Part shown: positions 43,010 through 57,590 of the stretch, piece by piece
Layout: each line of letters begins with the position of its first letter
Position numbering within the stretch: the stretch's first letter is position 1
From: Bigelowiella natans CCMP2755
Lineage: Eukaryota; Protista; Cercozoa
Length of the DNA: 64,000 nucleotides
Reading direction: 5' to 3'
Assembly: GCA_000320545.1 (NCBI GenBank)
Contig: ADNK01003286.1
Coordinates: forward strand, 59,867 to 123,866
The notes under the pieces: generated by a model
Databases searched by the model: none
What the model was told of the DNA's origin: nothing
What the model saw: the letters and a program-made list of their open reading frames with translations, nothing else
Program-made: the position numbers and the translations under genes

Positions 43010-44200
43010 AGAAGTGGCTGCTGCTTGCGACGACCAACGGAATGACCAAGTCACCAGCATGTTGAGCAAGCGCTTCTTGAGAACGACGAGGAGGGGGGAC
43101 AGCAAAACAAGCAACAAAGAGATGCCATTGAACGACGTAGGCGAGAGAATGGCACAATGGACAAATCTCGTGGTTGACAGTTTCATTGCACAGTGTGATG
43201 CTAGGATCGATGGTTGCTTCCTGCCAGCACTCACAGACCTTGTTTGCAAAGCACATGCACACACATGGCTTTTGCAAGGCGTTCTGTTCACACACACGTC
43301 AGCAAATACTGATATCAAGTAAAAGTCGCTGCCACATTGATGTAGCAGCAACAGCGATGCAGTGCACATGCACAAGCACAGGCGATGTGCGTGTGGTCAT
43401 GCACGCACGCGTGTCAGACAACAAGTGCGCGTTGCCATGACGTGTCCGCCTTGAGTGTGCCAGTCAAGCAGTGTGGCACCGAGACAGTCATCGTTGACCA
43501 TTTTGTGAGTCCTAGAGTCATGGTCACGGTCACGTAGGAAATTGAAGACACGGATGTTCGCAGCTGCAGCTGCACGTCTAGACATCTCGATCTGGACACC
43601 TGCACTCATGGTGCACGCTGTGTGCATGCACACGCATCGCTAGATCGCTTGTCGCTTGCAGTGTGGGCCCATGTCAGTGTGTCATCGTGCTTGCGCTGAA
43701 CAGGCAAGTTTGCGCATGGATGTTGTTGCTTGTCTTTGTTTGCGTTTTCATCATGGATGCATGGGATTTGGGATTGTGCACATTGCATGTGCTCTGGTGC
43801 TCTAGCTAGCTAGCTAGTGCTCACATTGCATCATGCCGAACCGTCCGGCCACACGACACCCAGACATGCTAGCATGATCGACGATCAGCACCGACAGCTG
43901 TCGTCTAGTCGTGTGCGCGCGATGCACGTATCGTACGTGCGTTGCACGTGCGCATCATGCGATGTGCATGCATGTCGATCTGTGCTCATCATACATGCTA
44001 GCATGTATGCTGCTTTAGTGCTCATGAGCGCATGCAGCAGCACTGCTAGCTAGCTAGCTAGACTGTGATGGCATGGCTAGATCTGAGATGGCCATTGTGT
44101 GCATCGCAGCGCGGAGCAGACTTCGTCGATCGTATCAAGTGCGGCAGCGCCAGTGTATCGTACGTCGATCATTCACAGCTAGACAGGCTAGCAGGCTAGC
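43010..44200. other. TpA-poor, CTAG-array-containing intergenic relic
   Basis: Long runs without TA. Cys/His-rich, nearly Tyr-free overlapping ORFs. (CTAG)n arrays at 43802 and 44046. Confidence 0.6.
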
Positions 44201-44202
44201 CA

Positions 44203-45208
44203 CTAGCTAGCAGAACGCAAAATGACAGCAGACATCACAACCTTTGAATCATGAAACAATGCACAATCAGGGCTAGAAAGCTCTAGGATGGCATTATAGT
44301 GGGTTAGATGGGTTGCATGCATTGAGATGTACGCACATCCATCGCGAATGATCGATAGATAGCTCATTATAGCGCCATTGTTGCCGTCCAAATTGCTGTC
44401 ATTCAAGTGTTGACGCATCGTTGTAAACCCCATTCAAGGAAGCCATAGCAAAATCAATCAAGGATCCCCCCTATCCATGCCATAGATAGGCGTTGCGGGC
44501 TGTCGTATGAATGTAGATAGAGTGGGAAAAAATCAACCCACTTTTATAAGAAATATGCATCCTTTGCATGTGTTGTGTATGGAATAATAATGCAGTACAT
44601 AAGGCAAATCCCCAGCTCCTCTGATAAGAAGATATTGATACACTGGACTGCCACTCAGCCACATGCCCCAAGTCTGTGTCCATGAAACGATATGCATACG
44701 ATGCGCACGGTGCACTTTTGTTGGGAAAAGCATAAATGGAGACGTACTTGCATGATCAGTGTCGCTAAACCGGAGGCAAGTTCGAAGAAGAGGAGTTATC
44801 AGATTGCTGTTGGTGCTTTTGTATCCTTCGTTCTGCTTCTTTGGACACTTTGTCCATTTGAGCTTTTAACTTCGACAATGCTGCGTCCATCTGGTTGATC
44901 ACTTTTTCGTACGACTCTAGTTCCTCATCATTCATGTTTTTTATCTAAAAAACACGATAATAAGTTATTATTTCCTTCCTCCCCTATTGTCTAAGTCCCT
45001 ATCCTCTCTCTTATTCCTTGATTAAAGATACCTCCTTCGGAGGAATGAGATCGATGTTGATACCAAGCTTTTTCATTTGGGCTTTTACATCTTCTTTCTC
45101 GTCTCCATCCCCAAATATAGATCCTAACTCCAGCTCTGAAAAGCTTGATTTGAATAATGCGATTGTTGAACCCCTTGCATCGCTGAGGAGAGCTCTTTTT
45201 TCTGCCAT
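44203..45208 (-). CDS. Putative gene of unknown function (3' structure unclear, possibly decaying)
   Basis: Exon MAEKRALL...LIPPKE|gt, then an AG-bounded exon IKNMNDEELESYEKVINQMDAALSKLKAQM.... Divergent from CFAP46. Confidence 0.45.
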
Positions 45209-45890
45209 AGCTACAATACTTCGTACGAGTTCTAGAGTGATTTAACCCTTGTTGGATATGCCGAATGGAAAACATATTATCGTGAAAATATCGTAAAGTA
45301 TTTTGACTTATCATCGTTAATTTCGCCAAACAGCTTGGAAGCTCTATCGCTGAAGAAAGGACTTGTGTAACCTTTGGTTATTGACGGTTGGTTTTCTAGC
45401 CGTAAACGAGAAGAATCCACATTTCCTTCCGGGTTTGGGTTGAGTTGGGCACAAAAATGTTGTCGCTGACACTTGAAACCAAGGCATTATCACATTTATT
45501 ATCCTCGTTTTTAAGAAATTGATGAAGTCTGTAGAGATCAGACGGATGGAATCTATTTATCATATGCGACAATAAACATACGAAGTCTTTCCGCTAAAAA
45601 CTGGACTGTTTCTTTTCCTCTGAAGGCCGTTTCCGGTTCCATAACGCTCGCCCCCCCCCTCGCTCAAAACTAGAATCTACCGGATATATTATGAATATTT
45701 AGCCGTTAACTCTACATAACTGTCTGGGACGGTCATTTGAAGAAGTTTTCAGGTTGAGTCAGTGCTAGTTTACTGCGTATTGCGGAACTGAAAATTACCC
45801 CTTTCGGTTTTCTCCCTTACCAATGAAACCACTACGAATTTAACGAATAATAAGATGAACTTTCTACATTTCGATGTAGATCTAGCCGCA

Positions 45891-46978
45891 ATGGATACGG
45901 TACATTTTCGGGCGACGTTGGCTGATTTGCAGCGTGCAAGGGACCAGCAGGTTGTTGGCTCAAGATTCTTGTCGAATTGTACATTCTAACGCTTGAAACT
46001 TTACGATACCCTAGGATCTCAACCTCCTTCGCAACGCCTTCAACAATATAGTCTTTAAGCCTGGACAAAAGTTTAGAGATCCAAAATTGATACCTGGGGT
46101 AAGGAGCACGTAAAATTCATTGCGAAGAGGTGTTGTTAACCTATCAATTTATGGTGTTGCAGAGCTTGCTGGTCATGGTAGCCGAATGCGGTTTAAACTT
46201 AAACGACTATGAAACTGCATCTGCCTCTTTGGCTCTTTACGGAAAATCTTGCCCCCCACGCGACCAATTTTGGTGTCGTCATCTTCTGGCAAAAGCAATT
46301 ATTGCCTACCAATTTGGAAGCCAGGCGAAAGGCCACGCCCTTGTTCACAGTGTACAAAAGGTGGGAGTTAAAAAAATGAAGAGAAATATACAGTTTTGCC
46401 AAATATGTTTTGCTATGGGGTCTAGTTGGACCATGCTGATGATTTTCATACAATGTTGACAGTCTGTTGAGTTTATTCTGGAGGCAATACGGCTCTCCAC
46501 CGATGCTGCAGAGAGAACCAAAGAATATGGCCATCTCGTGTATAATGCTACTGTACTGTATTGGAAGGTTACAAGGTTAGTATAAAAGCCGTTGTGAGTT
46601 TATCGACAAATGCTAGAACTTATTTCGTTTGTTTGTCTAGATGCTTGCAACGTGACGGCTACAGGGTCCACCTTCTGAAAAGCGTTCAAAAGCTCATCGA
46701 AATGCTAGAAAACACAAGCGAAGGTGACCGTCGATATACCAACAACATCGATTGTAGCAACAGTAATCCCTAATCCACAGAATGATAATCTTTCAGACGA
46801 AAGAGATCAAATGTGGTTCATAGAGATGTATTCGCTTGCAACTTTTGCCTGCTTTGACGCCGGAGAGGACCGCGCCAAAGAGTATGCAGATAAGGTAGAG
46901 CGAAGACTTTTAAAGTAGACTTTGTCTTTTAAATATATCATATAGAAGCCCAAAAACTGGTTGTGTTATTTTTAGATG

Positions 46979-47047
<69 letters not shown>

Positions 47048-47429
47048 CGTGTGTGTGCGTGTGTATAATGGTGAATGCGCGTGTCTTGCGTAAATGTAGG
47101 CCATAGATTTACAAGTAAAGTACTTTCCGGAGAATGTGCCTCTCCAGCTCAAGCTTCTAAGGTTATTTCTTGACAATAACTTTTAGAAGTACACATCATA
47201 ATATATAACAGAGGGGGACATAAAAACCTGAGTAGTTATGGCGTTTTGGCTGCGTCATTTTACCTGCTGCGAATATTAGGTACCGTGTACACGTGAGTGC
47301 AGGCTCTGCTGATAGCGTGCTATCAAAACCGGGGTTTAAAACTGCAGTTCCAAAATCAGCATTAAATCTTCAAAAACTGCGGAGTGCTCAAAATGGAGAT
47401 CAGGCTAAACTACAGGTGATACTACTACT

Positions 47430-47464
<35 letters not shown>

Positions 47465-50400
47465 TTACTATTACTATTGTAAATTTTGGAAACTGATAAG
47501 CTAATGCCATACTTGGTTAGAATGGGCTACAGGACTGCCTGGATATGTTAGATAAAGAGATGAAAGAGAAAGAAGACGGCAGCGTAGACCCGGAAAATTT
47601 ATATCTTGTCGCACAGATCGGTCAAGTGGCATTCGATGCGAAGTTGTATACTATCTGCCATAAATGTATGTCTAGGGCACTCTTAGTGAATCAGCTCGGG
47701 GGACTATACCATGCAGGCGTTCTGGCCGATGTACTCAAACATCAACTTTCTATCGTGCACCCTCCTGCAAAGGTCATTTCTGCTCTTGGCAAATGCACGA
47801 CCCGAGAAGCGCAAATGCACCGATTATCGATGCATCGAATCGATAAACTCAAGGAAATCGTTGTGTCCCTGCAATCTGCAGAGCGACTTAAAGCCCCTGA
47901 GTTCGTCGAGGATATTGCCCAAATTCTATGGAATAACGTAATGCCTCTGTTACATCCTCGGTACTATAAAGAGATAGATGTGGTACTGAATGCAAGCGCC
48001 AACGCACTATCGAAGATAAACTCCAATCGCACCCTTCTTCGTGTCCACATACACCTTGAATCGGCCAAAAGCCAGCTGCATTCCGAGCTCTTAAATAATG
48101 CTCAGGATGAAGTTCGCAAAGCATTTCTCCTAGATTACACTCTTGCCGACCGTTTTTTACCGGAAGAGTTGCGAGAGATTTTGAACTCGGAGGAGATTGA
48201 GCGCGTCATCCATGGCACGGAAAAGCTAGAAGTAGTAGAAGTCTCCCGTCCTCTAGATGTCCAGTTGCTGCCTTTAAAGAAGAAGCTTCAACTACGCCAA
48301 GACAGCTTCTATGTCCCGACGACCAAGGAGGAGGAGGCACTTATTAAAATAGAGCGAATAAAAGATGCGAAGCATGCCAGCCGCTCGGAACGGGCAAATA
48401 TGATTGAGCAAGTCATTGAAATCCTCAACAAGGCCTCGGAAACAAAGGATGCTGACATAAAAGAAGGTAAAGAGAAGGCAGCGGATGATGAAAAAGATGG
48501 CGACGACGGCAATGATGCCAATGGCAACGAGGAAGGGAACTCGTCGCCCTCTGTGGATTCAAAAGCCGCTGCTGAGTTAGAGATGATGCGTGCCCATTTA
48601 TGGTTTGAGGTTGCAGATATGGCGATAAGAAACAAGCTATTTGACCTCGCTCACACGGCAGCTGAGAAGGCTTTAGGATTTGAATGGGATGTCAAAAGGC
48701 CGTGTCATAGACATCTCCTTCTGGAGCAAGCAGAATCACATGTAATCCTGGCCAAGTGCTGCGCCGCCCACATACAGACTCTGGGCCATGTACCAGGGGA
48801 GATAGAGGATGACAACGAGAATGCATTATTGCAATCAGAGGATGTACCTGAGAAGTTGCCACGATGGTATGGTATCCGTAAACCGAAGCCTCTTGAAGTG
48901 GTCCCTCTTGCCCGGATATTTCAGAAAATTGTGTTGAAATCGCTTGTCAAGTCACAGGAAATTGGGCTCACGATCAGGGAGAAGTTGATACCAGTAAATG
49001 CACTGATTCATATGTGGAATATGCACACCTCTGCGCTCGCGGAGCAAAGCCGAGCAATTGCAACGAACGAGGTAGATGCTGATGATGGCGGAGAGGCAAA
49101 GGAAGATGAAGAAAAAGACGACGATAACGATAAGCCACAGGACGAAGGCGGCGATGAGCACTCGTCTTCAGAGCATGTTCCACCGCCAATCTGCCATAGT
49201 TTTTTCCTTGCTCTAGAGAGCGTACAGAAAAAGCTGTGGCCAAGCTCTGCAGCAGGGGAGGGGAATGGTTGGGCACCTGACATGGATGAAGATACAGTCC
49301 AACTCCTTCTGAAAACAGCCACTGTCGTTAGCAGATATCTTGAGAAAGAGAGCAAGATGGATCGGTGTAAATCGCTTGTGCAAGGTACACTTTCAGCCAT
49401 TTCGTCTCAACCAGGGTCCATAGACTACGCCGGTCCTTTGCTTCAATCTTTAGCCCGTGCATCGCAAGGCACTGAACCCAGTCCGATGCCTGAAAACGAC
49501 TTTGCGAAGTGCGTCATCTGGCTTGAGATGTGTCGTCTAGAAACTCTAGACGAAGCGAAGAAGCTGGATTTGATCAAAAAGACGCATAGCACGCTGTTGG
49601 AGGCCTCAAAGAAACTTGAATCGAAGCGAAAAGAAGAGGAAGATGCTGCAGCAGCAGGAGAGGGTAAAGACGACGACAAGCAATCTCCTTTCGAGCTCCC
49701 CGGGCTGAAGAACTCTCCCGACATGAACGTGGAGCAATACACCACTTTGTGGGCACAGCTCGCCGTGTTGTCTGAAAAGTTGGGGCAAAAGCAGATGGTG
49801 GCTATAGCTGCTGAGAAGGCCTCAGAAGAGTTCCAAAAACTATTTTCCAATGCAGATCTCATGGCTGGAAGTCCCTTGCCTCTGGCTAAGCTCAATGCTA
49901 TTTCGAGTCAAAGATGGCACTGGGTGACAAAGAGTGAGTGTGCGTACGGGCTGAGCATCTTGAAGCAAATTGACCCTAAGACTCAAGACCGGCAAGTTCA
50001 AGATAACCTGAGGATCATTGCAATCGATAAATTTATGCGAGCTACCTTCTATGCCACGCGTTGTGCACTACACATGGTGAAGGATAGGAAGATGAACCCC
50101 GTAATACGGAAAATGCTAGGTGAGGGTGGGCACATACTGCACACGATAAAACATTTTTGGAACGCAACACTACCGTTCGTCAACGAGAAGGTGACAAGGC
50201 GGCTCATCATGAAACCAACACTAGTGATACAGAAGCAGATAAGTCTTTTCATCCAGGCGCTTTCTCATTATGTCGCCAATCCAAAATTGTACGTGAAGCC
50301 TGCTCTAAGAGTTGAAATAGGGTGTCTGCTGCTCGAGTGCGTTTTCGATCAGGAAGAGTGGAAAATGGGCGTGGACCTTAGTGCCATGATGCTCAGGGAA

Positions 50401-53400
50401 CTTCCACAAAGCTTGGCAAAGCCTATATGGAAAGCCAGAGTTCTTTTCTTGCTGAAACTAGGTCAAGATGTGGAAAGAGACATTGTGAACATCGGCCAGG
50501 ATAGTGGCGACGTGTCATTGAGGGCAGGACTCTATTCTTCTCTCGCAAAAGCTTCCGCAAATAAGGAACAACAATTTGAGTTTTATCAAAAAGCCCTTGA
50601 AACCATTGGTGAGACCGGTAATCCACTGGACAGTGTTGACATGCTAGTGGAGTTTGCAGAGTGGGTATACAGCAACAACTTAGGGAGAAGAACCACACAG
50701 GACCAGCTTCTTACAGCAGCTGACTTGTTGCTGGATGCAGACGATTCGTTAGCAGAATTTGAAAATGAGGGCAAATCGAAGAACGCAAGCATTAGATCGA
50801 GGACTTCCAAAGGTATTATAATTATTATTATTATTCTTATTATTATTCTTATTATTATTATCGGCAGCCACATGCAACATGCTGATGAGTACGTCTTTCT
50901 ACTGCTTCTTGTGGCCATATGTGTCTTTGTTGTCTAACGCTGCATTCATTTTAAGAACATGCGCAAAATGAGCATTTTCATGCTATCCCTCTCGATTTCA
51001 CATAAGTGGTAGCTGCTTCAAGAAGTCATTCAGCAAAATCACACACAATTTTTAGGCAGCTCTCGAGGATCATCACGGGGTTCAAGAGGCTCCGCTGCCA
51101 GCCAAAGTATGCAAAAGATGTTTGGCTCTAAAGCAAGTGATCAGAAGTCTCGAAGGACTCGCTCTTCCAGCAATATTTCGTCAAAGATGTCAAGAGCCTC
51201 CAAGAAAGGCCCTCAGGTTAAAATGCCTTCAACCATTACTATTGGTCAGATGGCAAATTTGGTCCGTATTTATTGTATGCTTGCGACGATAGCTTCCAAC
51301 AAGCAGCACTCGTTGCGTCTGGCCCTCGTTGCACATAGCTTCGTAGAGAAGATATGGAAAGTCTCGGTGCAAAGCGTTAACCTGGAGGTAGAGTGGAAGC
51401 GCAAAATGGCAGCAGCAGCAGCAGCAGCAGCAGCCGAGGAGAAAAAGGATGATGAAAAAGACAATGCTGATAGTAATAAGGATGGGGTTCCAGCTGCTGG
51501 TCCTATTTCTTGGTCTACTCCAAGCATGCCTGACGCCTGGATACATTGGCATTTAGACGAAAAGCTGCGACAAGCATTCAGATCTTGTAGCTTTGAAGGC
51601 ATGGTACCGAACAAGAAATCCGTCAACAACCCAGAGAGCTTGGTGTACTATCTGAAATGGCTGCATAAGATCATGTTAGATCGTGGCTACGTGCTGCAAA
51701 GCCTTCCTGTTTTGGCGCTCCTAGAGCTTCTTTCTCTTGATGTGTCGTGCAACTCAGAGCTGACTGTTTTGGCTCGTCTTCTTCGTGCTCAAGTCTTTGA
51801 AATCCTGCATTTACCCAGCAAAGCAAAGGAGTGTTGCGTTTCTGCAGAGCCAGTATTGCCATATAAGGAGCGGTTTGTGTTAAACAATGAGAGGGTTGAG
51901 CAGAGAGAGACGCTTAATGAACTCATTATGAAGCAGCCAGACATTAGTAAAGGGTCTGGAACAAATCACACTGCGACAAGCAAACAAGGATGTATTGGAA
52001 CGGGGAAACTCTCGGACAACTTCCCTCTTACCCCCATCCTTAAGAGAGAGAGGATGATACTCAAAAGAAACGAATCGCAGGGGATCTGGATTGAAGTTGG
52101 ATACCAGTTGCTGCGGCGAGGCCGTATACGCGAGGCAGTCAGATTGTTGAATCTGGCAAAGCGACATGCGGAAGCATTTCAAGATACCACAGTTCTGATA
52201 GAGCACAGAGCCATCATGGCCATTGTCCACATGATGGCCGGGAATCACGAGTTTGCTGTCAAGTTAGTGCAGCAAGTTCAGTCTATGGAAGGTAATAGCG
52301 ACTGGTGGATGAAGGTTGTGCTTATTCTGTCCTCCGTATACCTTGGATTTGCTTTCCCAATACTGCCCGATATGGTTGGTCTGGATAACCCTTTCATCTT
52401 GCACCCACATCAAACACCAGACCTGCACACGTCGTCATCGTCGCCTACAGCAGGGCATGGTGCTGATGGCCACGAAAATAGCAATAGCGGTGATAAGAAT
52501 ACGATTAGCATGTCAGAGAACAGCAAAGACTTAAAGGGCCAGGCAATTCAAGTATTACGGAATTCAATCCGATTATTTGTAGCATTAAGCCAAGGCGAGG
52601 CCCGCAACACTGCTGGAGCCGACTATCTGCAGAAAGCAGCCATTCTTCAAAGGATCCTTGGCGAGGTGGTGACAATGCCTTCTCCTTTCTCCTTCTCATC
52701 TACCAAGCTTCTTTCGCAGCCAAGCAAAATGATAGCACGTGTGTCTCAATTTATGCTGGCATTCCAGATGCTGATTGAAAGCTCTATAACCACGGAGATG
52801 TTGTTCGATCACCAAAACACGATTCTCCTTCTACGTTCTTTAGCTCACGTCCTCCGAAAGGCTTATCTCTCCCCGAATGAAATTCCAGCAATTCACGACA
52901 CGCTACGCCGTGTTCTTCGCAACAAGCCACACCTTAATCCTTCCAAATTCCCCATCTTGAAACTTATCCAATCCGTCCCCGAAGATGCAGATACCGTGCA
53001 TTTGACAATAGCCCAACTAGTTCTGAGACATGCAGAAACTATGGCAATGCAGGCAATGCAGACGGTATTGCCATCCTACACCCCCCCCTCAATGTCGCTA
53101 CCAATGGCAAGACAGCTACAAGACATTAAATTAGAGCTGCTGCATATCACCACGCTTCTTAATATGGAGACACACTGGTTGACAATAGAGGCCAATCCGG
53201 TAGATGCCGATATTAACTCTGCAGGTGATGAAAAAACCGTAATTAACGCTCTGCTCACAAAGCATTCACGGTACTTCAAAGAAAAACATGTGGGAGTGCC
53301 GCCAATTCAAACCGGAATTATGATGGTGCATACCGCTACTGAGGCCAAGAATCTGTACACGTCAGGAGTGATAAAGCCGAGGCAATCAAGGTCCATGTGC

Positions 53401-55581
53401 TACATGGGCAGCGGCTACGTGCAAATTGCCATGGAGATTATGCTTGATTTCAACGATGGGAAAGAGGCAGACGATCAGCTCGGGATATGGGTATCTCTTC
53501 CTGAATCTTATAATACCACCGTCCAGGAGCCCAAAAACAAGGTAGAAAGTAAAGGGGGGGAGGGCGACGGCCCTACGAGTGTTGAAGGTGGAGATCAGGA
53601 GGAAGAGGCCTCCAAACAGGAGGAGAAAAAGGATGAAAAAGATAACAATCAAGTCTTTCCAGATGAAGAGGAAGAAAAGGCGAAGCAAGCAAGAAGACAG
53701 CTGCTTACATTGCAAAGAAACGTGTGCGATGAGGTTATTATGAATGGAAATAAAGCTTTACATTGGTTCTGCTTAGCAATTGAATCGGGACTGGAGAGTG
53801 ATTCCATGCAAGTTGTGAAGGAGGTCAGCTTGCAAGCCATGTGTATCGTCGGAAAATGGCAACCACTACTTACGGCAAAGCTGATGCATCTTTATCAGAG
53901 CGCAAAGCTGCGTATACATGCGAATGGGTTGTTTGTACAATCAGTAGGTGCGAAGAATCCGCAAAGACTAGCATTAAGTAGATTGGAAAATCTACAATTA
54001 TCGGAGTCCCAGCACGTATCCCCTGAGGAGACTAATAAACTCTTACTTTATTTGGAACAAAAATCAAACGCATATCGTCGAACGGACTTAAGAGTAGCAG
54101 CGAGAGATGGTAATGCCGAGGCAGAAGCAAAAGAAGCTTCTCCAGAAGAGGAGGGAGAAGAGGAGAACTCTAGTGCTGGTAGCTCAATGGCAACACCATA
54201 TGCTGAAGAAAGCATCCAATTGTACCAGAAAGATTGGGGCCAAATGCTCGACAAGCTGCTAAGTGCTAGCAGCAGCAAGAAAGTTGCTTACATCTCTCTT
54301 ACATATGTTCCAGAGCATCACTGTCTCTACGGCTTTTTAACAACAAACGGACATCAATCCAACGATGATGGCAATGATCCTGTTGATGAAGCGGAGGCTG
54401 GCCAACAAGCTCCCCAGTTCCAGGTCGCACGTCAAGTCTTCACACGGAGACAAGAGGACGAATTCCGACAGCTGCAACTGCGACATCATAAGTGGAAAAA
54501 CGTGCTAAAGCGTCAGATATGTACGTATGGCGATTCCGAAAGGCAAGAGCTCAAGCAAAGCGAGGCTGAGCTTTCAGCAACCGTTACTAGATTTTCAGCC
54601 CTGGTTTCACCTCTGCTTTCTGGGCTCGGGGTGACGACAACAACCACAAATGGAACATGCGAGGAGGTGGAGGATTCGAAGCAATCGTCAGGAGGACAGA
54701 ATGTTGTTGAAAAGAAGTGGGCTGATGATAAGGATGTGATACTAGTCTTGGATACTTCTCTCTTTGAGCTTCCCTGGGAGGGGTTAGAATGCTTCAAAGG
54801 AGCAAATAGTCTCAGCAGGAGCTTTTCCTTAGCAATGACATATCATCAACTTATTAGCTCAGAAAAGCAGGCTGAAAATAATGCGGGAGCAAAGCAGCCG
54901 ATTGGATATGTAGTAGATCCAGAAGATCCAACAGAGGAGAAGCAGTTGTCACATTCATTCAAAGAATCCATTGCAGCAGAATCTGACAAGTGGAAGGGGG
55001 TTCTCGCAGGTGACAACGACGATACTGTTGTTGTTAGTGATGGTGAGTGGCAGCAACTTCTTCTAGATGCAAATGCCTTCTACTTTGCGGGATTTGGAAG
55101 AATTATGTCTCACATCTCGAGCTTGTATGTGGCTCCTCTGGATCTTTCCCAGATCAGATTCACAGTGATAAACGACAAATGCTCGGTAGAAGCCAGCAAT
55201 CGTGTCCAGAGTAAGCTAGATAACCAAAAAACCGAGTTGCAGCTACAATTCGAAAGCGTGTATAACACCGCTTTGTTGTGGTCGCTGTGTGGGGTTAACA
55301 CTGTAACAATAAATCAATATGCTATTTCTGTGGAATCGAGTGTCGTGTATCAAAAGAAGATGCTGAAGGACTTAGTCTCGGGGCAAGGCCTTGCTTCTTG
55401 CATCACAGCTTGGAGAAGTGATAATAGTGACGCAGATTCAAAGGATCAGGGTAAGGAAGAGGCGAAAGAAATCAAAGAGGGAGAGCAACTTGGAAAACAA
55501 AAAGAGATAGGCAGAATAAGGCGACGTCTATATGACAGGCTAAATCCCATTATGTGCGGCGTCATCGGGGCTAAGCTGTGA
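45891..55581 (+). CDS. CFAP46: Cilia- and flagella-associated protein 46 (TTC40)-like
   Basis: N-terminus MDTVHFRATLADLQRARDQQ|DLNLLRNAF, then ELLVMVAEC...PPRDQFWCR and YGHLVYNATVLYW...GYRVHLL. TPR-like giant exons. C-terminal LVLDTSLFELPWEGL..SLSRSFSL and GVNTVTINQY. Recognised from memory of the family. Confidence 0.85.
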
Positions 55582-56184
55582 TTGTGATATTGCCCTGCTA
55601 GATGACACATATCTAGATATTTTCGTCGTTATCCAGACATTCACAAACTTTAAAATGAGTGGTAAATACTGCTATCGCTAGCTTTATCTTATATGCCATG
55701 CTAGCATGTCGGATGGAGTTTATGTGCATAGTGGCATGCCATGGTGCGTGTGGCTTTGTTTTTGCTCAAGCTCAAGCATGCGCGAACCTTAATTTATACG
55801 CGAAACGCGTAGCTGCATGCATGAAATAAAAGAGCGAGCGCGCACTAGCTAGCTAGAAGCCCAACCCAGCTTCGGAGAGGCGGTGGTGACAGCAGAGAGC
55901 AACCAACGATAGCATAAAGTCAAGAAAAGGAGTATCGTATCATGAATTTGATACGTGGTTATTATAATAGCTATACGATTTTCGCCTATCTTGCGCAGCA
56001 CACACACGCACATACATACATAGCCGTTGTACTGCAGTACACGTGTCGTCGCATATGCTATATATATTATTACCATCGGTTGAGATACGATAATAAGAGA
56101 GAGAAGTTTGAGCAAACAAAATCTTATCAGATATAAGTTGATCGTTATAGGTTAAGCATTTAGGTTTGGAACTCCTGCATTACT

Positions 56185-56575
56185 CTACTTCTCCACTTTG
56201 ACCGATACCATCTCGATTGGCTCCAGAGGCTTATCAGATGCATTCGTAGCGGTTTGTGATATCGCCATCACCACTTCACTCCCTTCAATAACCTATTATT
56301 GATAGATTAACATCACAGATAAGTTGGTATGTAATGCCCGTCTGTCTGCACTGCACTCGTTGGCATGTTTAATGCTTCACATAATATTTATCACCACCAC
56401 CACCACCACCACCTTTCCGAAGACAGGATGCTTGGATGGAGACAAGTCTGTTCTCCAGTAATCAAGGAACTCGTTGTGGTTCTACGTTCCATTATCATTC
56501 AACGGACGGTGAGTACACAGAAAGCGTTCTGGACACCGACGACTATACATCGACAGCGACGTGCCTCTACTACTG

Positions 56576-56609
<34 letters not shown>

Positions 56610-57136
56610 CGTATTGATGAAGAACTGAGAACCTCCACTGTTTGGTCGGCCAGTGTTTGCCATTGAGAGTGTCATAGGCTAAATATAATCGTAACAACGC
56701 GTTTCGATCACGATTTTGTTAGTGATAATGGTGATGCATGATAATAATGGTTTAGATTTCATGTACAGTATGTCTAAATTTTTTAATCTTTCATTTTTAC
56801 TTACGACCTCGTTAGTTATCTCAGCTTCGAATTCGTCTGGAATATTACCCTAATGATGATGATAGAAAGCAGACGGGCAGAGAGCAGACAATACGGGGGG
56901 GTGGTTAGAAATAGTGCCTAGCGATGATGCGCTCATTTCTGTGACAGTAGAAGGGAAGGAAAACGAATAAATGATCGAGCAAAGAAGGATACTAACATCT
57001 TGCCTGACGATGGTTTCTTCTCCAACCATAAAAGATGTGCCTGGTTCTGGCCCTCCCGTACCACACCTGCATTTTTGTGGGAAGAAGAGGGGTGCTTGTC
57101 AACACTAGTAGCTTTTATCTATTGACTAAAAAACAA

Positions 57137-57177
<41 letters not shown>

Positions 57178-57590
57178 CCTTTGGCTTGCAGGGTCCTTGG
57201 ACACCGGACAACTGGTAAATGTAGCAATAAGCTAATGAGAGATCGACTAAAGAAGGAATGAAGTGAAGTGTCGTCGTATTACTACCCGAATTGGATCATG
57301 AAATTCTGGATCGTGCGGTGAAAGTGGAGTCCTTTCGATGAGTTGCTTTTAGGATTGCAGGAGTAAATTCAAATAATAGTACTACCATCATAGTAGCCCG
57401 ATTCTGCCAAATCGACGAAGTTAGCGCTGGTGATAGGCATCTTGTCTTCAAAGAGCTCGGCCTTGAACGTACCCATCGTTGTTTCGAAGGTAGCAACAGG
57501 ATTACCGTTGCTCGTGGAGAAAAAAGCTTTGGTGACAGCTGTATTGGACGGTAAGCGTCTGGTCATCCTTCTCAACATCATCGCCATCAT
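56185..57590 (-). CDS. Cyclophilin-type peptidyl-prolyl isomerase with probable mitochondrial presequence
   Basis: [79 protein letters not shown]. Arg-rich, acid-free N-terminus. Confidence 0.95.

Noticed and set aside
46715-46800. Non-canonical GC donor in CFAP46
   Set aside because: A canonical phase-1 GT-AG solution (GAAG|gt...ttcag|AC) keeps the frame.
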